Assembly: GCF_027486195.1 (NCBI RefSeq)
Contig: NZ_JAIXPP010000042.1
Span: forward strand, 4,554-68,553
Length of the DNA: 64,000 nucleotides
Direction of reading: 5' to 3'
Origin: Novosphingobium sp.
GTDB taxonomy: Bacteria > Pseudomonadota > Alphaproteobacteria > Sphingomonadales > Sphingomonadaceae
Shown here: piece after piece, positions 36,417-44,902 of the stretch
Layout: every line of letters begins with the position of its first letter
Position numbering within the stretch: position 1 is the stretch's first letter
Position numbers and translations under genes: made by a program
Notes under the pieces: generated by a model
Databases searched by the model: none
Seen by the model: the letters and a program-made list of their open reading frames with translations, nothing else
What the model was told of the DNA's origin: nothing

Positions 36417-37322
36417 ATGACCGACATCGTGAAATCACCGGCCGTGCAGGCCCTGTTCGACCGCGCCGCCGGGCTGGACCAGACCGGCGGCAACGCGCGG
36501 CTGAAGGCGATCCTGCGCGATCTGCTTGAGGCGCTCGCCGTCACCATCGAGAAGCACGACATTTCCGAGAGCGAGTTCTGGGCCGGGCTGTCCTTCCTCC
36601 AGAACGGCGCGCAGGAGTTCGGGCTGATCGCACCAGGGATCGGGATCGAGCACTTCCTTGATCTGCATATGGACGCCAAGGACGCGGAAGCGGGCGTGAC
36701 CGGCGGCACGCCGCGCACGATCGAAGGGCCGCTCTACGTGGCCGGTGCGCCGCTCGTCGATGGTGACCTGACCCGGACCAATGACGTGAACCTGACCGAC
36801 GATCCCGATGATACGGAAACCCTGACGATGTCGGGCACTGTGACCGGGCCGGACGGCGAACCGGTGGGGGATGCGGTGCTGCATGTCTGGCACGCGAACT
36901 CCAAGGGTTTCTACTCGCACTTCGACCCGACCGGCGCGCAATCGCCGTTCAACAACCGCCGCCGGATCAAGCTCGGTTCCGATGGCCGCTACGCATTCCG
37001 CTCCAAGATGCCGCGCGGCTATGCTTGCCCCCCCGGCGGCGCGACCGAGCAGCTCATGCACGCGCTCGGCCGGCATGGAAACCGCCCGGCCCACGTCCAT
37101 TTCTTCCTTGAAGCGCCGGGGTATCGCACGCTGACCACCCAGATCAATTTCGGCGATGATCCTCACGCCCGCGACGACTTTGCGTTCGGCACGCGCGAAG
37201 GGCTGCTGCCTGTGCCCGAGCGGACCGGCGACGGAGCGCATATCGCCTTCGATTTCCGCATGCAAAAGGCCCGCTCGGCTGATGAGCAAGGCTTCTCGCA
37301 GCGCCCCCGGGCAGCCGCGTGA
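36417..37322 (+). CDS. catA: catechol 1,2-dioxygenase
   Basis: Intradiol dioxygenase blocks LHVWHANSKGFYSHFD and GNRPAHVHFF. GAGGAGG RBS. Confidence 0.9.
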   Translation: MTDIVKSPAVQALFDRAAGLDQTGGNARLKAILRDLLEALAVTIEKHDISESEFWAGLSFLQNGAQEFGLIAPGIGIEHFLDLHMDAKDAEAGVTGGTPRTIEGPLYVAGAPLVDGDLTRTNDVNLTDDPDDTETLTMSGTVTGPDGEPVGDAVLHVWHANSKGFYSHFDPTGAQSPFNNRRRIKLGSDGRYAFRSKMPRGYACPPGGATEQLMHALGRHGNRPAHVHFFLEAPGYRTLTTQINFGDDPHARDDFAFGTREGLLPVPERTGDGAHIAFDFRMQKARSADEQGFSQRPRAAA

Positions 37323-37462
37323 GCAAGGTCTTTCCCTCTCCGGCGGCAGCGCTGGAAGGGCTGTTGTTCGATGGAATGACCATCATGTCGGGCGGGTCCG
37401 GGCTCGAACAGAACCCGCAGGGCACTCTGGCCGAGCGGATCAGGGCCGGCGTGGCCGGCTGA
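37319..37462 (+). pseudogene. 47-codon stub of 3-oxoadipate/3-oxoacid CoA-transferase subunit A (pcaI/scoA-like)
   Basis: The GTG overlaps the catA stop. VSKVFPSPAAALEGLLFDGMTIMSGGSGLEQNPQ... matches the N-terminus of subunit A (..A..GL..DGMTIM.GGFGLCGIPE), then degenerates and stops. Confidence 0.55.
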
Positions 37463-37485
37463 ACCAACTTTCGACAGGTGGGACG

Positions 37486-38271
37486 ATGACACAAAGCAGC
37501 GGCCGGGCGACGATGAACGATGGCGCGGCCATCGCCTGGACCCTCGAAGGACCGGAGGATGGTCCGGTCCTGTTGCTGTCCAATTCGCTCGGGACCAGCC
37601 GCGCCATGTGGCAGCCACAGCTGCCGGCGTTCGCCGCCCGCTACCGCGTCCTGCGCTATGATACGCGAGGGCATGGCCAGTCAGCCGTTACCCTGGGTGA
37701 CTACAGCCTCGATCGTCTGGGGCGCGACGTGGTGAATCTGCTCGATGCCCTTGGCCTTGATCAGGTCGATTTCTGCGGCCTCTCGTTGGGGGGCATGACC
37801 GGGCAATGGCTGGGCGTTTTCGCGCCCGAACGCGTCCGGCGCTTGGTGCTTGCCAACACATCGGCCTTCATGGGGCCGCCCACCGGCTGGCAGGATCGGA
37901 TGAACCGCGTGCGCTGCGAAGGCATGGCCGCGATTGCCGATGCGGTGATCGCACGCTGGTTCACCCCCGCGTTTGCCGGCACCCCCGCAACTGCCAAAGT
38001 TCTCGAAACCCTGCTGAACACCGACCCTGCGGGATACGCCGGGTGCTGCGCCGCGATCCGCGACATGGACCTGCGCCGCATCATCCCGCTCATCGACCGG
38101 CCCACGCTTGTGATCAGTGGCCTGCAGGATCCGGCAACCCCACCCGAGCATGCGGCCTTGATCCATCAGGCGATTGAGGGCTCCACGCTCGTTTCGCTCG
38201 ATGCCAGCCACTTGTCCAACATCGAACAGCCAGAGGCTTTTGCCGAGGCTGTCTTGGCGTTTCTGGCTTGA
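37486..38271 (+). CDS. pcaD: 3-oxoadipate enol-lactonase (alpha/beta hydrolase)
   Basis: GPVLLLSNSLGTSRAMWQPQ, RYDTRGHGQS and the nucleophile elbow GLSLGG. Lies in cat/pca context. Confidence 0.85.
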   Translation: MTQSSGRATMNDGAAIAWTLEGPEDGPVLLLSNSLGTSRAMWQPQLPAFAARYRVLRYDTRGHGQSAVTLGDYSLDRLGRDVVNLLDALGLDQVDFCGLSLGGMTGQWLGVFAPERVRRLVLANTSAFMGPPTGWQDRMNRVRCEGMAAIADAVIARWFTPAFAGTPATAKVLETLLNTDPAGYAGCCAAIRDMDLRRIIPLIDRPTLVISGLQDPATPPEHAALIHQAIEGSTLVSLDASHLSNIEQPEAFAEAVLAFLA

Positions 38272-38275
38272 TGAC

Positions 38276-38578
38276 CTAGCGCTCGATGCGCAGTTCGCCG
38301 TCCTGTTCGGTCACGTCGTAGGCTCGGATCGGCACCGAGCAGGGCGCCGCGCGCGGCTCGCCTGTGCTGATGCAGAACGATCCCATGTGGAACGGGCAGA
38401 AAATCTGGCCATTCTCCACATAGCCTTCCGACAGCGAGGCTTCGCCATGGCTGCACAGGTCGTCGGTGCAGTAGAAGCCGTCCTTCCAGCGATAGACAGC
38501 CAGCGCGTGGCCATCATCCAGCTCCACCCGCAAGGGCTCGTCGGCAGGCACGTCGGCGGCCCGGCACAGTGTCAACAC
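38276..38578 (-). CDS. Rieske-type [2Fe-2S] ferredoxin
   Basis: 100 aa with CSHG...CPFH. GTG start with an AAGGAG RBS. Confidence 0.85.
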   Translation of the reverse strand: MLTLCRAADVPADEPLRVELDDGHALAVYRWKDGFYCTDDLCSHGEASLSEGYVENGQIFCPFHMGSFCISTGEPRAAPCSVPIRAYDVTEQDGELRIER

Positions 38579-38616
38579 AGAGGTCTCCTTAAAATCGGAT
38601 GGTCAGCCACGAACGC

Positions 38617-39099
38617 TCAGGCCATGGGCACTTTGCCGGCCCACGGCGCTGCTGCCGGACTGGAAAGGCGCGGATCGAGCTGCACGCGGTCGAACCGCCA
38701 CTCACCGCCGTGCTCGCTGAGTTCGCTGTCATACCAGCCGCCGTACCAGGTATCGCACGCGCTGCCGTCGTCCTGCCTCATGGTCGCCAGCTCCCACAGG
38801 TACCACCGGCAGGTCGCGGTGGTCGCATCCGGCCCGAGTTCGATCAGCGGCGAGACCATGTAGTGCAGCGACCAGGTGACGAAGCCCTGCGCCAGTTCGG
38901 ACAAGCCGGCAGCAATCGCGTCGCGCCCATGCAGGTGCGCAACGCCGTCCAGCTGCCATTCGGCATCCGGATGGAACAGCGGCGCGAGGATGGCGGGTTC
39001 GTTCTTGCGGTCGGCGCCCACGGCATAAGTCGCGATCAGTTTCCGGATCGCCTCGCAGGCCTCGATGCGCCGCAGCCGCAGTTCGAGTTCGGCGGGCAC
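38617..39099 (-). CDS. SnoaL_4/NTF2-like protein (set 3)
   Basis: 160 aa: ELRLRRIEACEAIRKLIATYAVGADRKN...EWRFDRVQL. Paralogous in architecture to 25708-26190. Confidence 0.7.
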   Translation of the reverse strand: MPAELELRLRRIEACEAIRKLIATYAVGADRKNEPAILAPLFHPDAEWQLDGVAHLHGRDAIAAGLSELAQGFVTWSLHYMVSPLIELGPDATTATCRWYLWELATMRQDDGSACDTWYGGWYDSELSEHGGEWRFDRVQLDPRLSSPAAAPWAGKVPMA

Positions 39100-39101
39100 G
39101 A

Positions 39102-39476
39102 TCAGCGCGGTCCGTTGGGCGGGAGCGCCTGCCAGGTCTGGTCGCGGCCGTGGACTGCGACGAAGCGCTGTTCCTCGAAGGCGTAAGGCACGCCCACCTG
39201 GCCCCGGTAGAACTCGATGTGCGGCGCGACTTCGGCCATCGACAGCGCAATGTTGAAAATGCCCTGATGCGATTCCGGGAGTTCGCCGAGCGGAAAGGCG
39301 TCGCAGGCATCGAGGATGGCCTCGATATGCGGCAGCACGCCGCCATAAAGGGCGTGAAGGTCCGCTTCGCTGGCTTCGCGGCGCGCGCTGGTGCGCTCGT
39401 CCGCAGTGCCAAGGTTCCAGCGGGCGAAGGGGATCAGCGCCTCGAACCCGGCGGGGACGGTCATTGGCTGGTTCAT
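39102..39476 (-). CDS. uncharacterised ~120-aa Rieske-oxygenase-associated protein (paralog 3)
   Basis: The start at 39476 (MNQPMTVPAGFEALIPFARW...) lies 22 nt after the oxygenase stop. The protein ends 2 nt before the NTF2-like gene. Confidence 0.6.
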   Translation of the reverse strand: MNQPMTVPAGFEALIPFARWNLGTADERTSARREASEADLHALYGGVLPHIEAILDACDAFPLGELPESHQGIFNIALSMAEVAPHIEFYRGQVGVPYAFEEQRFVAVHGRDQTWQALPPNGPR

Positions 39477-39498
39477 GCTCAGGGTCCTTCCAGCGGGA

Positions 39499-40719
39499 TC
39501 AGGCGTTGACGTAGTCGTCCACAACCTTGCAGTTGTGGCGGATGAGGATTTCTTCGTCCTGAAGGTGCTGGACCTTCTTCGCGCCCGAAAGCATGGCGCG
39601 GTAGGTGTCTTCCATCGTCGCGGTATCCTCAAGCCAGGCGTTGCGCTGGAGAACCATCGACCGTTCGAAGCCCCAGAGCTCACTGTAGGTGCGCGGCTTC
39701 TTCAGGTAATATTTGCCTTCCCACAGCGTCTTGTCGTGCGCGATCGGCCAGAACTGGTGGGTGAACCAGATACCCTCGGAGACGTGCAGGAGCACGCTGG
39801 GGAACAGCACGCTCAGCTCGAACGCCCAGTCCGGCTCGCGGTTGGGGTTGAGTGTTGGCGGCAGGCTCGAGGCACCGCCCTGCGCGGCCAGCGATCCGCG
39901 TGAACGCTCGTTGGCCAGATCGCCGATCGGGGTGCGCGGCAGGTTTTCGACCTGAAGCCGGACCGAGCAAGTCCGGTGCGGCCCGAACAGCTCCACATCC
40001 TCGATCGGCCCCTTGAACACGTTGGGGAAGGACCCGGCATGGATGGTGTCGACATGGTAAGCCTCGGCAAAGGCATCCGATGCGACCTTCCAGTTGCAGT
40101 TGAGGGTCGTGTAATAGGTGAAGCCGTGGTCGCAGGCGGCGAAATCGAACCCGCCGAAATGATCGGCATAGCCGCCAAGGAAGTCCTTGAGGGATTGGAC
40201 CGGGCCGGGATCGACGTTGACGAAGACAAACCCGGCCCAGGTATCGCAATGGACTTCGGTCAGGCCGTTCTCAGCCTTGTCGAAGCAGCTGTAGAAGCGC
40301 TCTTCCTGCGGCACGTTCACCAGTTCGCCCTGCGCGTTGTAGACCCAGCCGTGAAACCGGCAGGTGACCACCCCGGCGCGATTGCGCCCGTAGGTTTCCT
40401 GGCCGGTCTCGGTCACCACGGTGTTGCCGCGGTGCGAGCAGGCGTTGTGGAACGCGCGGATGACCTTGTCCTTCCCGCGCATGATGATCACCGAGGTATC
40501 GGCGAGGTCCAGCCGGCGGACCTTGTACGAGCCCACCTCCGGAACTTCCCGTTCAAGCGCGACGTAGAGCCACTGCTTCTTGAAGATCTTCTCTTTTTCT
40601 TTCTCGTAGTACGCAGGGTCGATGTAGGGCGCGACCGGAAGCGGCTCCTGGCCGAGATCGGGGTACTTGCGCGCCCAGCGGCCGGGTTCCTTGTCGATCT
40701 GAAGTGCCTCAGTTGCCAT
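39499..40719 (-). CDS. Rieske non-heme iron oxygenase, alpha subunit (set 3)
   Basis: 406 aa with CSHRG...CRFHGW. AGGAGAG RBS before ATG 40719. Confidence 0.9.
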   Translation of the reverse strand: MATEALQIDKEPGRWARKYPDLGQEPLPVAPYIDPAYYEKEKEKIFKKQWLYVALEREVPEVGSYKVRRLDLADTSVIIMRGKDKVIRAFHNACSHRGNTVVTETGQETYGRNRAGVVTCRFHGWVYNAQGELVNVPQEERFYSCFDKAENGLTEVHCDTWAGFVFVNVDPGPVQSLKDFLGGYADHFGGFDFAACDHGFTYYTTLNCNWKVASDAFAEAYHVDTIHAGSFPNVFKGPIEDVELFGPHRTCSVRLQVENLPRTPIGDLANERSRGSLAAQGGASSLPPTLNPNREPDWAFELSVLFPSVLLHVSEGIWFTHQFWPIAHDKTLWEGKYYLKKPRTYSELWGFERSMVLQRNAWLEDTATMEDTYRAMLSGAKKVQHLQDEEILIRHNCKVVDDYVNA

Positions 40720-40897
40720 GCTCGCTCTCCTGCGCCTGTCACCCTCGGATCGGACCGGGCGCGCTGATGGGTTGGACCTGTGCTGCGCGGGGACTTGCCT
40801 CCCCCTCAGCAATCCTGCGCCGATGAGCTAGCCTTGCGGTCTGCTGCATCGCTATCCCGCGACTGCACCGCCCTGCACGCGGGGCGCACAAATGCGC

Positions 40898-42202
40898 TCA
40901 GCCGTACTGTTCCTCGACGAGATGAAGGATGCCGAGCCGGGCGAGGATCGTCTTGGGGCACATGAAGGTGACCCGCACCACACCGGGAAGCCGGCTGATC
41001 TCGATGGACCCCGCGATGGTCGCGCGGTTCATCACTTCGTCATAGGGAATGCCCGTGATCCGCGCCGCGCGATCGAGGCCGTTCTTGGTCGCATCGTTGA
41101 GGGTTGCCCCCGATCCGATGAAGGTGATCGGTGCGTTGTCCTCGATCTCGTTCTGGCCATACCTGGCGCCGAGTGCGATCACCGCGTCCCGTTCGGCGGC
41201 ATCGAGCGGACGGGCGAGGAACGGGACATCGTCGAGATTTTGCAGCAGGATCGGGCCATCGAGCGCGAGGCCCTTGATCACTTCGACCTGCAGTTCAACC
41301 TCGCCAGCGACATCGGTGGCATGGCCGGCGATCTCACCGTTGCCCTGCTGGGCGTGCATGTCGCCCATGTAGATCCCGCCCCCCGGAATCTTGACCGGGC
41401 AGATCAGGATCGCGCCCTCGCGGACGCTGTTCGTGTCCATGTGTCCGTCCGTCTTGTGCCGGTCGAGCTCCTCCTGCGTGAAGCTGTAGCCATGAGGCGC
41501 TTCGAGCAGGAAGGTGCCGAAGTCCCCGGCATTGTGCGAATCCGGCAGATCGCGTGAGGGCGATGTGCCGATGTTGCCGAGGAAAGGCCGCATGCGGGCG
41601 GCGAGGCCGGCGATGTCTGCGCGGGCCAGCGAGAGGATCGAGTGCTGGGCCGAAGCCTCAGGCAGCGCGGAATTGACTTTCGCGTCCTGCGCCAGCGCCT
41701 CGGCCACCTGCTTGTTCACGGTCAGCGAGACCTGGTTCTCGCGATCGAGGACGATCACATAGCCATTGCTGAAGCGGAATGCGCTCACCTCTGCGCCGCA
41801 GCTGTCGCAGTGCACGGCATCGTCGCCAATGCCCTCGACATGGCTGGAGGGCGCGGTTGTGCCGCAGGCCGGGCACAGCTTGGCCACGAACGGATCGCCG
41901 ACATAGCGGCCATCGACGAACTCCATCACGCCCGACGAGGTCGCCAGCGAAGTGACCCGAACCTTGCGCAGACGGATGGCGATCGCATCGCCGATCTCTG
42001 CGCCTTCGACGAGCACGGGCCGGGTTACTTCGTGCCCGCCCTGAAACTTCGGCGTGATCATCGGACCCCAGCATCCGGGCGGCGTGCCCGTGCGGATGAC
42101 GCCGCCATCGCGCACGATTGCAGCCGGTGCGATGCCGGGCCCGACGATGCCGCCGCTATATTCGTAAACTCCAACCTCGTCGCGAACGCTCGCCATGATC
42201 AT
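40898..42202 (-). CDS. acetamidase/formamidase-family amidohydrolase
   Basis: 434 aa. GGIYMGDMHAQQGNGEIAGHATDV is typical of the FmdA/AmdA family. Confidence 0.8.
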   Translation of the reverse strand: MIMASVRDEVGVYEYSGGIVGPGIAPAAIVRDGGVIRTGTPPGCWGPMITPKFQGGHEVTRPVLVEGAEIGDAIAIRLRKVRVTSLATSSGVMEFVDGRYVGDPFVAKLCPACGTTAPSSHVEGIGDDAVHCDSCGAEVSAFRFSNGYVIVLDRENQVSLTVNKQVAEALAQDAKVNSALPEASAQHSILSLARADIAGLAARMRPFLGNIGTSPSRDLPDSHNAGDFGTFLLEAPHGYSFTQEELDRHKTDGHMDTNSVREGAILICPVKIPGGGIYMGDMHAQQGNGEIAGHATDVAGEVELQVEVIKGLALDGPILLQNLDDVPFLARPLDAAERDAVIALGARYGQNEIEDNAPITFIGSGATLNDATKNGLDRAARITGIPYDEVMNRATIAGSIEISRLPGVVRVTFMCPKTILARLGILHLVEEQYG

Positions 42203-42379
42203 GCTCCCTGAGGCCGGTGACTACCTCTGTGCCAAGCGGACTCAGCGCTCGGTATCGGCAGTCATACGAGGGGGATTAAGGCGGCCAAAAGGCTGCCAGC
42301 GCAGGAATTAGCCGCTCAGCGAAGCAAAGCGCCGATGGCAGCCCTCCGATCAGGGGTTGGCCGGGTCAGCCGGTGCCCA

Positions 42380-43765
42380 TCACCTTTCCAAGGCGGGCGC
42401 TGTCCTTGTCCAGCCGCCGCCCAGCGCCTGATAAAGCTGCACGCGCGCCGTCAGCGCATCGGTTTCAAGGCTGACAAGCGCCAGATCGGCGCTCAGCAAT
42501 CCGCGCTGCGCGTCGAGTTGTTCGAGATAGCCCGAATAGCCTGCGCGGTAGCGATTGGTGGCGAGCCGCAGCCCCTCGGCCACGGTATCGCGCTGGTGCC
42601 GGGCGAGCGCGATCTGCTCGTCGATGCCCTTGATGAAGGCCAGCGCGTCTTCGACCTCGCGAAAACTTTGCAGCACGGCGCGGCGATAGGCAAAGGCAGC
42701 CTGATCGCGCTGCCCCGCTGCGGCTTCGGCCCCTGCGCGCAGGCGTCCGCCTGCAAAGATCGGCGCAAGCGCGCTGCCGCCGAGCTGCCAGAGCGTGATG
42801 GGATCGGCGAGCAGGCTCGAAATCGCCAGCCCCCCGCTCAGCCCGAGGCGCAGCTGCGGCAAGAAGCGCTTGCGTGCGGCGGAAAGCGCCGCGTCGGTGG
42901 CGGCGAGCTGGTCGGCCGCCTGGGCAATGTCCGGGCGGCGCTCGAGCAGGGCCGAAGGCAGCCCGGCGGGTACCGCAGGCACGGCAAGGCTGGCGAGTGG
43001 TTTGCCGCGTTCGATCGCGCCGGGGGTTTCCCCGGAAAGCTGGCTCAGGCTGTCTTCGCCGCGCCGGATCGCGGCCTCGATCTGCGGAATGATCTGCGCG
43101 GTCGCGTCATATTCGGCGCGGGCCTGCTGCAGCTCCAGCCTGGGCGAATAGCCCGCCCGGTCGCGCGATTGGGCAATGCGCAGGGACTCGGCGCGGGCGG
43201 CCAGCGTCTCTCTTGCGACGTGCAGCCGCGCATCGAGGCCGAGCAGAGCGATGTACTGGCTGGACACAGCCCCTGCCACAGACAGCCGCACACTGTCATG
43301 CGCGGCCTCGCTCGCGAGAAAGGTGGCGCGCGACGCCGTCACGGAATCCGCGAGCCGGCCGAACAGGTCCACTTCGTAGCTTGCGGAAAGCTGCGGCTGG
43401 GCGAAGTCCTGATTGAGCGGGGTGCCGAAGGCGCTGACCGTGCGCGAATGGCCGCCCGCCAGTCCTGCATCGAGCGTGGGCAGAAGCTGCGCGCGCGCCA
43501 GCGCCACATTGGCCCGCGCTTCGCGCACTCGCCCGGCGGCGATGGCGACATCCGGGTTGTTGGCGACGGCGTGCTCGACCAGCCGCGCGAGCGCCGGATC
43601 GTCGAAGGATTGCCACCACTGCGCATCGATGGCGCCGCCACCCTGATCGGCCGCGCCGCGCCACGCAGGCGGCGGCGTTATCGGCGGCGCGTTCTGCGGC
43701 TGCCCGCCGGAAACGCAGGCGCCCAAAAGCAGGACAGGCATGAGAAGGGCGGCGCGCATCATCAT
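42380..43765 (-). CDS. efflux outer-membrane lipoprotein (NodT/OMF family)
   Basis: Lipobox LLLGAC and two OEP repeats. The start overlaps the HlyD stop. Confidence 0.9.
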   Translation of the reverse strand: MMMRAALLMPVLLLGACVSGGQPQNAPPITPPPAWRGAADQGGGAIDAQWWQSFDDPALARLVEHAVANNPDVAIAAGRVREARANVALARAQLLPTLDAGLAGGHSRTVSAFGTPLNQDFAQPQLSASYEVDLFGRLADSVTASRATFLASEAAHDSVRLSVAGAVSSQYIALLGLDARLHVARETLAARAESLRIAQSRDRAGYSPRLELQQARAEYDATAQIIPQIEAAIRRGEDSLSQLSGETPGAIERGKPLASLAVPAVPAGLPSALLERRPDIAQAADQLAATDAALSAARKRFLPQLRLGLSGGLAISSLLADPITLWQLGGSALAPIFAGGRLRAGAEAAAGQRDQAAFAYRRAVLQSFREVEDALAFIKGIDEQIALARHQRDTVAEGLRLATNRYRAGYSGYLEQLDAQRGLLSADLALVSLETDALTARVQLYQALGGGWTRTAPALER

Positions 43766-44892
43766 TGCCCCATCGCGCGTGTGTCCACCGACACTTCGAC
43801 CGACATGCCCGGCCGCAGCCGTCGCGCCGCCGCCTGTCCGGGGTCTACCCCAATGCGCACCGCGATCCGCTGCGCGACCTTGACGAAATTGCCGGTCGCA
43901 TTGTCAGCCTTGATTACCGCAAATTCGGATCCGGCAGCGGGGGAGATGTTCTGTACGTGGCCGGTCAGCACCTTCCCGCCCAGCGCATCGACGCGGAACG
44001 TGGCAGGCTGGCCGACCGCCATGGCACGCGTCTGGCTCTCCTTGAAGTTGGCGACGATCCAGGCATCGTGGGGAACAAGGAAGACGAGCTGGGTCCCCGG
44101 AGTGACATAGGCGCCATTGCGCACGCCGATCTCGGAAAGCTGGCCATCGGCCGGCGCGCGGATCACGGTGTTTTCGAGATCGATCTGCGCCAGCCGCAGC
44201 TGCGCTTTTGCCGCCTCGACCGCCGCACGCAGGCCGTCGCGTCCGACGACCACGGTTCGCACATCCTGCGTGCCGATGGCGCGTCCTGCCTCGGCCTGGC
44301 GCACCCCGGCTTCCGCAGCCATCAGCGCGGCGTGGGTCTGGTCGCGTTCGCGCTCCGAGATCGATCCGTCGGCCACGAGGGCATCTGCGCGCTTCATGTC
44401 TGCGCGGGCACGATCAAGCTGCGCGTGGGCATTGGCGATTGCGGCATCCTGGCTGAGCGTCGCCGTCTCGCGCGAGCGCTGGGCCTGCGCGGAATTGGCC
44501 AGTGCGGCTTCCTGTGCCGCGACGTTGGCCTCGGCCTGCGCCACCCGCGCGCGGTAGATGCGGTCGTCGATCGTCGCGATGATCTGGCCGGCCTTCACCT
44601 CGGTGAAATCCTGCACCGGCACTGATGTCACATAACCGCTGACCTGCGGCGCGATGATTGTGACCCGTCCGCGCACATAAGCGTTGTCGGTCGCTTCGGT
44701 GATCCCGGCAAAAGGCGGGAGGCGCCACGCATAGAGCAGGGCCATGATCGCCAGCAGAGCCACCACGATGATGATCGCCACCGTTGTCCGGCTCTTGGTG
44801 GGCGGGCTCCAGCCTGCGGGCGGTGTGGCCGCGACTTGCGGATCTGCGGCGGTGCCGGGCGGCGAAGCGGTGATGGTGGCGGTCTCGGTCAT
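43762..44892 (-). CDS. HlyD/EmrA-family membrane fusion protein
   Basis: N-terminal TM segment (VAIIIVVALLAIMALLYAW), coiled-coil Ala/Gln-rich middle, and barrel-sandwich ends. Confidence 0.9.
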   Translation of the reverse strand: MTETATITASPPGTAADPQVAATPPAGWSPPTKSRTTVAIIIVVALLAIMALLYAWRLPPFAGITEATDNAYVRGRVTIIAPQVSGYVTSVPVQDFTEVKAGQIIATIDDRIYRARVAQAEANVAAQEAALANSAQAQRSRETATLSQDAAIANAHAQLDRARADMKRADALVADGSISERERDQTHAALMAAEAGVRQAEAGRAIGTQDVRTVVVGRDGLRAAVEAAKAQLRLAQIDLENTVIRAPADGQLSEIGVRNGAYVTPGTQLVFLVPHDAWIVANFKESQTRAMAVGQPATFRVDALGGKVLTGHVQNISPAAGSEFAVIKADNATGNFVKVAQRIAVRIGVDPGQAAARRLRPGMSVEVSVDTRAMGQ

Positions 44893-44902
44893 GGCTATGG
44901 CC

